This document shows positions 13,609 to 25,670 of a stretch of 64,000 nucleotides of DNA, piece after piece (within the stretch, counting starts at the first letter, position 1; each line of letters begins with the position of its first letter). The notes below the pieces were generated by a model. It was not told the DNA's origin. It made no database searches and was given only the letters and a program-made list of their open reading frames with translations. The position numbers were made by a program, and so were the translations under genes. Source of the stretch: Octopus sinensis. Its lineage: Eukaryota. The stretch spans positions 20,894,001-20,958,000 of the forward strand of contig NC_043017.1 of the NCBI RefSeq assembly GCF_006345805.1, read 5' to 3'.

Positions 13609-13799
13609 ATATAATGTGGCTTGTGGTTAGGTTCTTGGATCCATGATTGTAAGGTTGGAGGTTCAATTCTCAAACAGACTTGGTAGAACATTGAGCTCTT
13701 GAGCGAGATTATTTATTTAAATATGCACAACATACACAAACCCTTCAGATTGGCAACACAGTAAAAGATTAGAAAGAATAAATGAATATGTGAGTATTG

Positions 13800-13848
<49 letters not shown>

Positions 13849-14407
13849 GGGTAGAAAGGGATAAAGAAAAGGGAGAGAGAGAAAGAGGGAGAGATGCAGG
13901 AAGGAGAGAGTGAGAGAGAGAGAGAGAAAGAGAAACAGAGAGAGTAAAGGGATGATGATATAGATGAAAGGTTCCCGTGCACTTTATGCTTGCACACATA
14001 CAATCACCTCCCCCGACAAACATGCATGTGCATGCAAGCGCCCCCGCCCCCCCACCCCGTTGCATGCAGATGCACCTGCGGGTATATTTCATTGCATAGT
14101 TACTAAGCCTTGCATGTGGTGTCTGTGTTTTGTTGTACAGAATTATCTCGCATACCTGGATTAATGTTGTTTTTTTATAACAATGATAGTGTGTGGATGT
14201 GTGTAATATATATATATATATATATATGTATATGTATATATATTTAAATGTATGTGTATATGTATGCATGTGTGTGTATGGGAGTCTGTTGTGTATGTGC
14301 GGGTGTGCATATATACATATATGTATATGTGTGTGTATATATATATATATGCATACCATAAGTAAAATACTGTTAAATACACACCCATGCCTACATATAT
14401 GAATATA

Positions 14408-14440
<33 letters not shown>

Positions 14441-14463
14441 TTGTGCAGTGAATAAATATATAT

Positions 14464-14518
<55 letters not shown>

Positions 14519-14530
14519 TGTACACACACA

Positions 14531-15818
14531 CATTGTGCAGTGAATAAATTGTCATTTAAATTACGCAAATATAATAATAACACTGACATCTCATTCTAAC
14601 AGATATATTTACCAAAATTACATAAAAATATCTTGGAATGCTAAAGAGTAAATTTATTCAATAAAATCGTCATTGGCTTCAACCATGGCCTCCTGACAAC
14701 TTGGGAATCTCCTGCAACTCTTCTGGATGGTCTCCTTGTTTAAGTTGGTGAATACTGCCATAATCCTTGACTTCAGTTCATCTTTGGTGTTACAAGTTCT
14801 GTTGCTCTCTCGCGCAACAACACCCCATACATAATAATGAAGGAGTTGCAGTCTGGGGAATTAGGTGGCCAGATGTTAGGGGTGATATGGTCGCAGAAAT
14901 TGTCTGGCAACTATGACTGGGTACCCTTGCTTATGTAGCAATGGTGCAAAGTCCTGTTGCCAGACATAGGGTCTTCCAGCAGCCACCCACTTCACCAAGA
15001 GCAGCACTACTTCCTCCAGGCATTTGATTTAGGCCCCTTTGTTGAGTGTGAGGCCGTGAGGGAAGATGAATGGAGCCATAACGTTGCCATCACTAGTAAT
15101 CACTCCAAACACCATGATGTTGACTAGATGTTTGATTTTTACAGATGTCAGTCCGTGTTTTGGGGGACATGGCCAGCCAATGGTTGTTCTTTGTGTTCAC
15201 CATCTGATCCTGGCAGAAATTTTTCTCATCTGAGAAAAACCAAAGGATGTTCAGTTGGAGGGGATGCTTGAGTTTGTTCAGATTCTTCATAGTACTATCT
15301 TTCCTCTTGTCCTCAATGGTTTGGGATAAAAATTGGCCCTTTTTCTCATCTTATATGAGGAATACTGAATGTCTTCATGCACTTCCTGGCTAATAAGAAA
15401 CTCAGACACTCCCATGTCCCTGGCAATGGATCTGATTGACTTGGCAGTATTGTTGTCAATCATGGCCTGGATCTCACCAACAAATTCAGGAGTCCTTTAC
15501 TTATCAGAACGATCACAATGAGTTTTTCAAGCAGCCATACCTTTGTAATCACCATTAGACTCATCCAATTCTTTCTGAATCCTCTGCACTGCTCTCAGAT
15601 TGACACCCAAACACTCTGAAAGGAGCTTCTAGTATAAATGCCAAGCAGTACATATTGTTTTGAAAATTCTGGCTGAATGAATAACGTCATGGTGTTGTTT
15701 TTCTCACAGACAGTGCCCAACTGACCCTACTATACAGTGTAGTCAACACCATCAAAGACAATGTGCATGCGTGAAATAAAAAAATATAAAATGCTGACAA
15801 TTTATCCATCACACACTG
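14531..15818 (-). mobile_element. decayed full-length Tc1/mariner transposon, DD37D (maT) type
   Basis: ~1.29 kb; imperfect TIRs CATTGTGCAGTGAATAAATTGTCA / TGACAATTTATCCATCACACACTG followed by TA; minus-strand motifs WFFSDEKNF, IMVFGVITSDG, VWQQDFAP, IWPPNSPDCN, YYVWGV with stops and frameshifts; 37 residues between the 2nd and inferred 3rd Asp. Confidence 0.88.
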
Positions 15819-15844
15819 TATATAAATAGGCAGATTGATATATG

Positions 15845-15880
<36 letters not shown>

Positions 15881-15904
15881 CATACACACATATATTTATG
15901 TATA

Positions 15905-16155
15905 TATACATACATGGTGGCTGCCCCCTCGTTATCGAGTATGGCCATTGCACGAAGCTTAATCAATGTTGTTATCGTGCAATCCCACTCACTAAGCAAC
16001 AGCAGCCATAATCCGAAAAGAAGAGCAAGTCAACATCATCAGTAACCACTGAGCCGCAGGTTTTATGTTGGAGTTATCCCAGTTACCTGAGTTACCTTCT
16101 CTTAGAAGGATGCCCTAACAAAGGCTAGGAGTCCTTCACTCCCAATGGTTTAACA
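15905..16155 (-). mobile_element. short RTE-derived non-autonomous element
   Basis: Minus strand TAGCCTTTGTTAGGGCATCCTTCTAAGAGAAGGTAACTC resembles an RTE 5'UTR motif and is joined to a short 3' end with a (TGTA)n tail. Confidence 0.45.
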
Positions 16156-16519
16156 TACATACATACATACATACATACACACATATGTATGTATATATAC
16201 ACATGTATGTATGTATGTATCTATGTGTGTGAGTGTGTCAGTAACTATACATTATGCATATGCACACATGTGTATATATGGAAATTCTATTGTCTGCTAA
16301 CTGAATTTTTAAAAAGTTTTCTCTATGTATATGCACGACTTTTAATTCGATGATGCAGTCTGATGCAAGCTAGTACATGCAAATACTTGGAAGTAATAAC
16401 TGCACTTGATGCAAGCACAATTAAAAATGCATCTCCTTCATTCAATTATCTTTTTTTCTTCCACCTTTTCTTTTCCTGATTGGTTCGTGGACGAATTATT
16501 AAATTGAAATTCATCTCTG

Positions 16520-18960
16520 ACAGCATGTGTGAATGTGTGTCAGTGTGTCTGTCTATATATGACTGCTTGTCTGTCTACCTTTGTGCCGCCGTCTGTGTCT
16601 GCTTCTATGTACATATGTCTACTTCTGTTTGTGTCTGTCTGTCTCCCTGCATATATATATTTATATATGTCTAGCTATCTGTCTGTCTGTCACTATCTTC
16701 CTGTTTGTATGTGTGTATAAATGTATGTATGTATGTATGTATGTACGTACGTACGTATGTATGTATGTGAGTATGTATGTATGTATGTCTGTATGTATGT
16801 ATGTCTATGTGTGTGTATGTGTGTGTGTATATCTGCTTGCCTGTCTGTCTGTGTGTTTGTCTGCATCTATGTCTATCAATCCTTGTCTCTCTATACGTAA
16901 GTATGTATGTATGTCAGTCTGTCTGTCTGTCTGCCAGCCTGTCTGTTTGTATGTCTGTCTGTCTACATATGTATATATGTGGTTCTATCTCTGTCATTCT
17001 TTCTGCCTCTGTATGTCTGTCTGTCTACCTGCATGTCTGTCTGTATGTATGTCTATCCCTCTGTCTGTGTGTCTGTCTACCTGCCTGACTGTCTGTATGT
17101 ATGTCTATCCCTCTGTCTGTATGTCTGTCTACCTGCATGTCTGTATGTCTGTATGTCTGTATATATGTAAGTATGTATATATGTATGTACCTCGACCTCT
17201 GCTTTTCTATCTGTTATATGTATGTATATGTGAATGTATGTATGTATATAGGTAGGTAGATATGTATGTATATACATATATATATATATATATGTACCTC
17301 TACCTCTGCTTGTCTGTTTGTTATATGTATGTATATGTGTATGTATGTGTATGTATATATTTATGTGCATGAGTGTATGTGTGTATGTATGTATATAGGT
17401 AGGTAGATATGTATATACATATATATATATATTATATGTGTGTGTCTCTACCTCTGCTTGTCTGTTATATATATGTATATGTTTATGTATGTATATGTAT
17501 GAATGTATGTATGTATGTAGGTGCGTGTATGTATGTTTGCATGTATGTATGTGTGTGTATGTATGTATGTGTGTGTATGTATGCATGTGTATGTATGTAT
17601 ATATGAGTGTATGTATGTATATATGTGTTTGTGTATGTATGTGTGCTTCAATGGTGAAGAATAAATACTGAAAATTCTAAATGAGTTTTACTCTTTGTGT
17701 AAATACATACATAAATCCATGGTCATACACACACACACACACACACACACCACACACACACACACAATCACAAACATGAACACACACATAAATGCACATA
17801 GATTTGCATATGTGTGTGCGTGTTTGTAACGGATATAAATGCATTATGATAGATAGGTGAGCATAATAGGTTATTGAATTTAGCTTGTCAGAAGTGAATA
17901 GAATACCTATTTGTTATTCTTGTATACACCGATCCCTACACACACACACTCACACACGTGCACATAGGCACGCAAATAAACGTGGCATACATATGCATAG
18001 GTATACACACATGTATACACTTACTCTCACAGTCTCTATTGCACACGTATACACACACAAACCACACACATCTATATATAAATATCTATCTATCTATCTA
18101 TCTATATATATATATATATATTATATATATATATATATTATATACATATATATTTATATACATATATATATATACACATATATATATATACATATATATA
18201 TTATATACATATATATATATACATATATATTTATATACATATATATATATACACATATATATATATACACATATATATATATATACACATATATATATAT
18301 ATATATATATATATTAATACACATAGATACACACATATACACAGTCTCACATAGTGTCAGAGTCTCCCTCTGACTCTCTCACTCACAAATCACATACACG
18401 TACATGAACACATAGACACACACATTCACTTTCCCATAATCTCTCTCTCACACACACACACACTCACACAAAGCATATATATGTACACATATATAGACTT
18501 ACAGACACGTACATACACTCACAAAGCTTTCTCTCCTCCACACACACACACACACTGATACACATACAAACTACAAATAAATAGGCACACAGAAACACAC
18601 ACACAGACACACACACACACACAGATACACATACAAACTACATATAAAGAGGCACGCAGAAACACGCACACAGATACACATACAAACTACATATAAATAG
18701 GCACACAGAAACACACACACACACACACACAGATACACAGACACACACACACACAGACACACACACACAAACTGCATACATATACACAGACATACAGGTA
18801 CAAGCATACTTACTCTTAAATAGTTTCTCTCTTCCTCCCACTTGCACACACAGACACACACATACAAACCACATTACAAATGCACACACACACACGTACA
18901 CATATACTTGCATATAATCTCTCTCTCTCTCTCTCTCTATCTCTCTCACACACACATCTA
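16520..18960. repeat. compound microsatellite field (TGTC, TATG, TA, CA) with short higher-order repeats
   Basis: Directly visible; ACCTCTGCT-containing unit x3 at ~17185-17460 and CACAGATACACATACAAACTACATATAAA unit repeated at 18550-18790. Confidence 0.9.
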
Positions 18961-19814
18961 TAAACCTCATTGCAACACAACTGAAGGAGAAGGGTGAGCG
19001 TAGGTAGTTGACATCTAAGCTTGGATTCATTTCCCTGCCATTGAATAATGCAAAGTTGTGACATTCATGCTACGCCGTTTTTTTTCTTCTTCTTTTCAAA
19101 TAGTTTAAGAAAGGGATTTGAAAGATAAATTTGGCACGTGACAAGGAAAGTGAACAAGGCTGGCTACAATATTACATTGTGAGCTTATCGTTAAACTACC
19201 TGCATTATTCTCCTCTAACGACCAGTATCAAGATTTAAATTAAAATCTATTTTATTCATTCCTAGCGTTGGCAACTTGGCAACAGCAATCCCAAAACCAG
19301 ATCGGAGAATGAAGGTGGGGCCATTCATCTTTTTCTTTGGTTAACCCTTTAGTGTGCACATTATTCTGTAAAATGGTAACGTTTATATATTCACATGTTT
19401 GGAATTAATTTTGCACTTTCTTGAAGATTTGAGATTTTGATGTGGCAACCGCTAATTTTTAGAATGACATTGTAGGTTAGGTGAAAAAGGCCAGATGTGG
19501 TCAGTTTGATCATAAAACAAACAGAATAGTCAGGCTACATATGGCCCGTAAAATGTTATGGGTCAACCTTTAAACATTCAAATTTCTTTCTCCAATGTAA
19601 TGCTTATTTATTCAGATGTTTTGAATTAATCTCACATTATCAGCGGTGGTGCCCCAGCATGGCCACGGCCTTTGGGCTGAAACCTTTTTAAGGATCTAAG
19701 AATTTATCTCAAAGCTTGGAGATTTTAATAAAGTAACTGTTAATTTCTAGGATGACAGTGTAGGGTAGGTGTGAGAGGCTGGATATGGTCAGTTTAAACA
19801 TAAAACATGTAGAT

Positions 19815-20135
19815 AATATTAATAAATCTCCGAACGAGATGTAAACAGTAACCGCTCAACAACGTAAATCAGTGACAGTGGTAGCTGGGAAAAACATTAA
19901 ATAGATATTCACCAACAGGTCACTCCAATCGAAAATCGGTGATTACCGTACGTTGACGAGAGGCAAATACCTCGAAACTATAGTCCGTATGTATCCCTTT
20001 GCGAATATCAGAAGGGCACAGAAAGTGTGTCTAAAGCCAGCTGGAGACGATGATCTCCTGGGGCTATAAGCTTCAGTAACACCCACCCCCAGTGGCTAGC
20101 CACATTCAGATGGCTAGTACACTTTACGTTGAGGT
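19815..20135 (+). mobile_element. Penelope-like/retrozyme-like element family H1 with 5' inversion
   Basis: 19938-20127 is homologous to 38068-38288; 19822-19868 is the inverted copy of the segment at ~37930-37972; carries a hammerhead fold. Confidence 0.75.
19947..19991 (+). ncRNA. type I hammerhead ribozyme (U3 variant)
   Basis: CGTACG-TTGACGA-GAGG caaata CCTC-GAAA-CTATAG-TC-CGTATG: stem I, core YUGANGA, stem II, GAAA, palindromic stem III and GUC site (predicted cut after 19985). Confidence 0.82.
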
Positions 20136-20139
20136 AGAT

Positions 20140-20285
20140 AATAATATTTTATAATCTTAAAACTTACAAACAATCACTGTGTAATGATGAAAGAAAATAG
20201 TCTAACATTGAGGCATATATTAGACTACTTCTTTTAGTCATTACACTGTGATTACTTATAAGATTTAAATTTATAAAATATTATT
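20140..20285. repeat. AT-rich inverted repeat (~65-bp arms)
   Basis: AATAATATTTTATAA..GTGTAATGA..TAGTCTAA versus TTAGACTA..TCATTACAC..TTATAAAATATTATT. Confidence 0.85.
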
Positions 20286-20483
20286 AATATTATTTACAGA
20301 ATTGTAAGAACTGGCACTGCTTGCCTAAAGACATCGCACAAAACAGGTAAAACATTAGGGTCGCATGTGGCTGTTTTAGTTACTAAAGGGTTAAAAGCAT
20401 GAAGGAAAATAAGGTGTTAATTACGGGGAGGTTTTAAATTGCCAGAAAAAATGCCTTGCAATATTAATTTTAGTGTTAATGCT

Positions 20484-21828
20484 GGGAGCTGGCAGAATGG
20501 TTAACTCGCAGGGCAAAATGCTTGGCAGTATTTCACCTGTCTTCATGTTCTGAGCTCAAATTCCACCAAGGTTGACTCTGCCTTTCATCTCTTTCAAGAG
20601 TCAATAAGAAAAGAACCAGCTGAACACTGGGGTCGATGTATTTGACTTAACCCCACCACACAAAAAATTGCTGGCCCTGTGCCAAAATTTGAAACCATTA
20701 TTGAATTTGGTGTAAAGGTGGTAAGCAGGTAGGGTTGTTAGTATACCAGGTAAAATGCTTAGCAGCATTTCGTACAATTTTATGCCTTGAGCTCAAAAAT
20801 TCCATCAAGGTTGACTGTGCCTTTTATCTGTGTAGGGGATCAATCAAATAGGTGCTGGTTAAACACTGGGGTTCTTTTAACTGTCTTACTTCCTCTCCAA
20901 AAATTTCTAGCCTTCTGCCAAAATTTGAAATTAATATTAATTTTCATGTTAAATTGGCAGAATCGTTAGCAGAATCGTTAACATGCCGGGCAAAATGTTT
21001 CATAACATTTTACCTGTCTTTACGTATCCGGGTCAAATTCTGCCAAGACCAAATTTGCCTTTCACCCTTTCGGATAACAACAGCAATAATTACATACTAT
21101 GAGAGAAATACTTGTCGGAATTTACAACAAGCTGTTGATATGGTAACCTGCAGCTTACACAACATAAATAGAAACAATTTTGCTATGTTCCTGGCGAGGG
21201 AAAGTTTTGGTAATCTGTTTGAGCCATCTATGTGGGCCATCTGGTGTGGCATGAATGAAAACACACCTCACTCAGCTGCCTCAAATCTGCATTTACTGCC
21301 AAAAGTGGTTTTGTATAGGACACAAGAAGCAGATTCTAGAAGACTGAATCATATGATTGCTTGATGTCGATTGGTTGTTTAATTGGCTGATCATAGGAAA
21401 CCATTGTGGTTTGATCGTGATGTCTGACCACATATCTGAAGATTTGGTTTTTGAATCCCCACTACAAGTTCAAATCTTGGAGAAGTTAATTTTGTCTTTC
21501 ATCATTTTGGGATTGATAAAAGCCAAATACCAACCAGAAGGTGGGTTGGCAGAATTGTTAGAGCATAGAGCAAAATATTTCATGGTATTTGTTTGTGAGA
21601 GCTCTGTGTATTTTAAGTTCAAATCCCGCTGGGGTCATCATTGTCTTTTATTGTTTTGGGGTCAATGAAACATAACATCAGTTGGAATGATGGAATGGCA
21701 GAATTGTTAAGATGCAGGAAAAAATGGATTGCAATATTTGTTAGCTGCAGCTCTTTACACTCTGAATTCAAATCCCACTGACACCAAATTCATCATTTAT
21801 TCTTTTAGGATCAATAAAACAAATAATA
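20484..21828 (+). mobile_element. head-to-tail run of degenerate SINE B copies
   Basis: TGGCAGAAT..GTTCAAATT/CAAATCCC..CTTT motif recurs at ~20490, 20725, 20955, 21545 and 21695. Confidence 0.75.
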
Positions 21829-21916
21829 GGCTGGGTGATGGATTGGCAGATTTGTCACTAACCCCAAGATTCCGAGTTTGATTCCAGGCAGTGACCTGAA
21901 TTATAATAATAATAAT

Positions 21917-21968
<52 letters not shown>

Positions 21969-21970
<2 letters not shown>

Positions 21971-22253
21971 GGGAACCGAAAATTATATGAGAATGATCCC
22001 TGGCTTACCATCCCTGCAAGAAGTGCATTAGATTGTCTTAACTGGTACATCACACGTATTGAGAAGAGCATTGTCGATGTGAGAACCGTTGCTGCTCATG
22101 TATTTTAATTTACCTTAAAAAAAAAAAAAAATGAACGAACTATTGAGTTTGGTTTAATGGCCTACCAATGTATACTATGAGTTTCTTTGCCCTAGGAGTC
22201 GGGAAGACACTCGGCAAGAAATGGAAGCAAATTTGAAAGAAGAAAAAAAAAAG
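21969..22253 (+). mobile_element. R4/Dong-clade LINE 3' end inserted in (AAT)n
   Basis: KGTENYMRMIPGLPSLQEVH*IVLTGTSHVLRRALSM* matches the C-terminus of RLE-type R4/Dong ORFs; flanked by (AAT)n on both sides. Confidence 0.75.
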
Positions 22254-22345
22254 TAATAATAATAATAATAATAATAAAAATGATAATAATAATAACATCG
22301 AAAAATACCTTAAGAATTAGAACCCAGGTTTGAAATTTCCCCAAG

Positions 22346-22389
22346 ACACCTGATGAAGGCTGGAGGATGTATCAGCCGAAATGTTGTGT
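22346..22389 (+). ncRNA. minimal type I hammerhead ribozyme
   Basis: ACAC-CTGATGA-A-GGCTG gaggatgtat CAGCC-GAAA-TG-TT-GTGT; stem I ACAC/GTGT, stem II GGCTG/CAGCC, minimal stem III (AATGTT, probably CpG-decayed AACGTT). Confidence 0.78.
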
Positions 22390-22876
22390 TAACAATAAAC
22401 AAGATGAGGACAAAAATTCGTCAAATGAAAATAATGTACATAATTCTTCATCTCTTAAATATAGAACTGAAGCATTTATAAGCTGGAGCTCTTCACAAGT
22501 TCAAATTTTGCTGAGCTCAACTTTGTTATATATTTTTTCAAGGTCGATAAAATGAAATGGCAGTAAATGTGATGGAGTGAGAGTGTTGGACAAAGTGTTT
22601 TGTGGTATTTGTTTCAGATCTTTGCATTCTGGGTTCAAATCCCAGTGAGGTTGACTTACCTTTTTATCATTTTATGAACAATAAAATGAAATACAAGTCT
22701 GGGTCTTAGACTAGCAGAAGTATTGGTTTGTAAGACAAAACATTTTGGGGTATTTATTCAAACTCTCTGTGTTCTGTGTTCAAATCTTTATCAGACGGGT
22801 ACTCATCATGGGTACATTGGGCTTCATGTATTTGTACCCCAGTGTCACTTTGATGGTATGTGCTGCTCTCTCACTC

Positions 22877-22914
<38 letters not shown>

Positions 22915-22924
22915 TAATAATAAT

Positions 22925-23310
22925 TCTACAGGAGGCACAAGGCCTCAAATTTGGGAGAAAAGATTCAGTCGATTACATTGACACCAGTGCATAACTGGTA
23001 CTTATTTAATTGACCCTGAAAGGATGCAAGTCAAAGTCGGCCTCAGCAGAATTTGAACTCAGAACGTAATGGCAGACGAAATACTGATAAGCATTTTGCC
23101 CAGCATGCTAATGATTCTGCCAGCTCGCCACCTTAATAATAATAATAACAATAATTTTTTCTAGTTTTGGCACAAGGCCAGCAATTTTAGGGAGAGGGCC
23201 TAGTCAATTATATTGACCCCTATGCTGCTTATTTTATCAACCCCCAACATTGAGTTTGGTGGAATTTGAACTCAGAATGTGAAGATCTGAAGCACGTACC
23301 ACAAGACGTT
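22925..23310 (-). mobile_element. SINE family B copies
   Basis: Reverse-complement core GAATTTGAACTCAGAA..CTGCCAGCTCGCC. Confidence 0.8.
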
Positions 23311-23729
23311 TTATCTGAAGATCTACTGACTCTCCTCAAGGGGCAGAAAGAGTTGAATACATTTATGCCAGTACTTGACCCTGGAAGGATCAAGTGCAGC
23401 ATGAGCCTTGGAAGGATTCGAACTCAGAATGTACAGAACCAAAAATGAAAAAAAAATAAATAAATACTGCAAAGCATTTTATCCAATGGTTTCTAATGGT
23501 TTTATTACCCACTGTACTAACACAACAACTCCCACTGCTTTTACCACCACTACCACCACCACCACTAACAACAACAGTAACAATAATGATAATGGTGATA
23601 ATGATGATGATGGTGGTGGTGGTGATTATAGCTTCCTTTTATTTTGCAGAAAGGAAAACACTTAATTAAACTAACAAGAGACACTTTACTAGCAATGGAG
23701 AAATTAGCAACAACAAACCCTATGACAAT

Positions 23730-24630
23730 AACACTGTCTGCATGATGACGATAATGATGATGACGATGCTGATGCTGATGATGATGATGACGGTGAAGAT
23801 GACGATGATGATGATGACGCCTGTGATAATGATGGCAGTGAAGGTTATGATAATGCATATGATGATGATGACGGTGAAGATGATGACAATGCTGATGATG
23901 ATGATGATGATGACAGTGAAGATGACGATGATGGTGATGACGCCTGAGATAATGATGACAGTGAAGGTTATGATAATGCATATGATGATGATGACGGTGA
24001 AGATGATGACAATGCTGATGATGATGATGATGATGATGACGGTGAAGATGACGATGATGGTGATGATGCCTGAGATAATGATGACAATGAAGGTTATGAT
24101 AATACATATGATGATGATGATGATCACACCAGTGATGAAGAAAACAGAACAGTGAAGATGGAAATGGTGATGATGATGATGACGGTGATGATGATGGCAG
24201 TTGTAGCTGTGATGAAGATGATGACAGCAGTGACGACGAGGTTGAGGACAATGACCACATCAGCGAAGAAGATGATGGCACTTATAATGATGATGATGAT
24301 GATGATGATATAAATGGTAATGACGATAAGGACGACTGCAACGATGATGACGAAGATGATGGCAGTGAAGGAGAGAAGATGGTGATGGTTATGATAATGA
24401 TGACGATGGTGATGACAGTACAGCTGCTGCTGTTGCTGATGGTGGTAGTAGTGCTGACGGTGGTGATGATGATTATGATGATGACACTAATGATAACGAT
24501 GACAGGGGATAATGATGACAGCAGTGAAGACGATGATGATAATGATGACGACAATGATGACAATGATGACGACAATGATGATAATGATAATACAATGGTG
24601 ATGATGATGATGTTACTAAAAGTGGTTTTA

Positions 24631-24662
<32 letters not shown>

Positions 24663-24720
24663 AATGGTAGTGGTGATGATGAGGATGATGATGATGACAA
24701 TGGTTGTGGTGGTGGTGGTC
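23730..24720. repeat. (ATG)n-derived low-complexity tract with a ~123-126 bp higher-order unit x3
   Basis: Marker TGAAGGTTATGATAAT(G/A)CATATG recurs at ~23839, 23962 and 24088. Confidence 0.9.
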
Positions 24721-25167
24721 GCAATGGTTTTAAAAGCGCACATAGCCACAAATAGGCGATTTGATTCTTGTAGTTTAGTAGAAGCGGCACTATTAGCAAA
24801 AAGAAAAGTCGTAGAAACAGCAGCATCACCATCACCACCACCCCCACCACCAACAATAACAACACTATTCCCAGCATCAGCAGCAGTAGGGGCAGCAGCA
24901 GCAGCAGCATTAGCAACGACACAACTAGTCAGAGATGCAAGTTAGCAATCAATAATTTAACAGAAAGCAATACTGTAACAGCTGACTGTAACAAAAGCTG
25001 CTGTTGTTGCTGCTGTGGAGACAAGTGAGAGAAAAGAGAAACCTATGCTTGCTCCCCCGCCTTCCTCTCGTTGTTCCTCCATCTCGCCTCCTCCCCCTTC
25101 GCCATCTCTTTCTCTCTCTCTCAGTGCCTCTTGCTCTCTCTGTCTCTGTCGTTTCTTCATTGCAAAA

Positions 25168-25670
25168 CCACACACACACACACGCACACACACACACACA
25201 CGCACGCACACACGCACACACACACGCACACACACACACACGCACGCATGCATACACACACACACACGCACGCATGCATACACACACACGCATGCACACA
25301 CACACACACACACGCACACGCACACGCACGCACACACACACACACGCACGCACACAACACACACACACACGCATGCACACACACACACCACACACACGCA
25401 CACACACACACCACACACACACACACACACACACGCACGCACGCACACACACACACGCACACACACACACACGCATGCACACACATGCACACGCACACAC
25501 TCACACGCACACACACACAACACACACACGCATGCACACACGCACACACACGCGCACACGCACACACACACACGCACGCACACACACACACACGCACGCA
25601 TGCATACACACACACACACGCATGCACACACACATGCACACGCACACACTCACACGCACACACACAGATG
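25168..25670. repeat. (CA)n/(CACG)n compound microsatellite
   Basis: Directly visible alternating purine-pyrimidine tract. Confidence 0.95.

Larger units (their letters stand above)
19345..20390. mobile_element. two tandem piggyBac-type MITE copies, the second interrupted by a ribozyme element
   Basis: TTAA|CCCTTTAG ... CTAAAGGG|TTAA termini; a ~220-bp unit is repeated from ~19565 (GAATTAAT..GAGATTTT..ATGACA..GTAGG..GGTCAGTTT..CATAAAACA). Confidence 0.75.
21829..22470 (+). mobile_element. tRNA-headed element with hammerhead-bearing 3' part, interrupted by an R4/Dong fragment
   Basis: B-box-like GTTTGATTCC at 21876-21885, then (AAT)n, resuming at ~22295 with unique sequence that contains the hammerhead at 22346-22389. 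Confidence 0.55.

Noticed and set aside
19266-19314. Short AG..GT-bounded segment (RWQLGNSNPKTRSENE)
   Set aside because: Weak donor, too short, no independent support.
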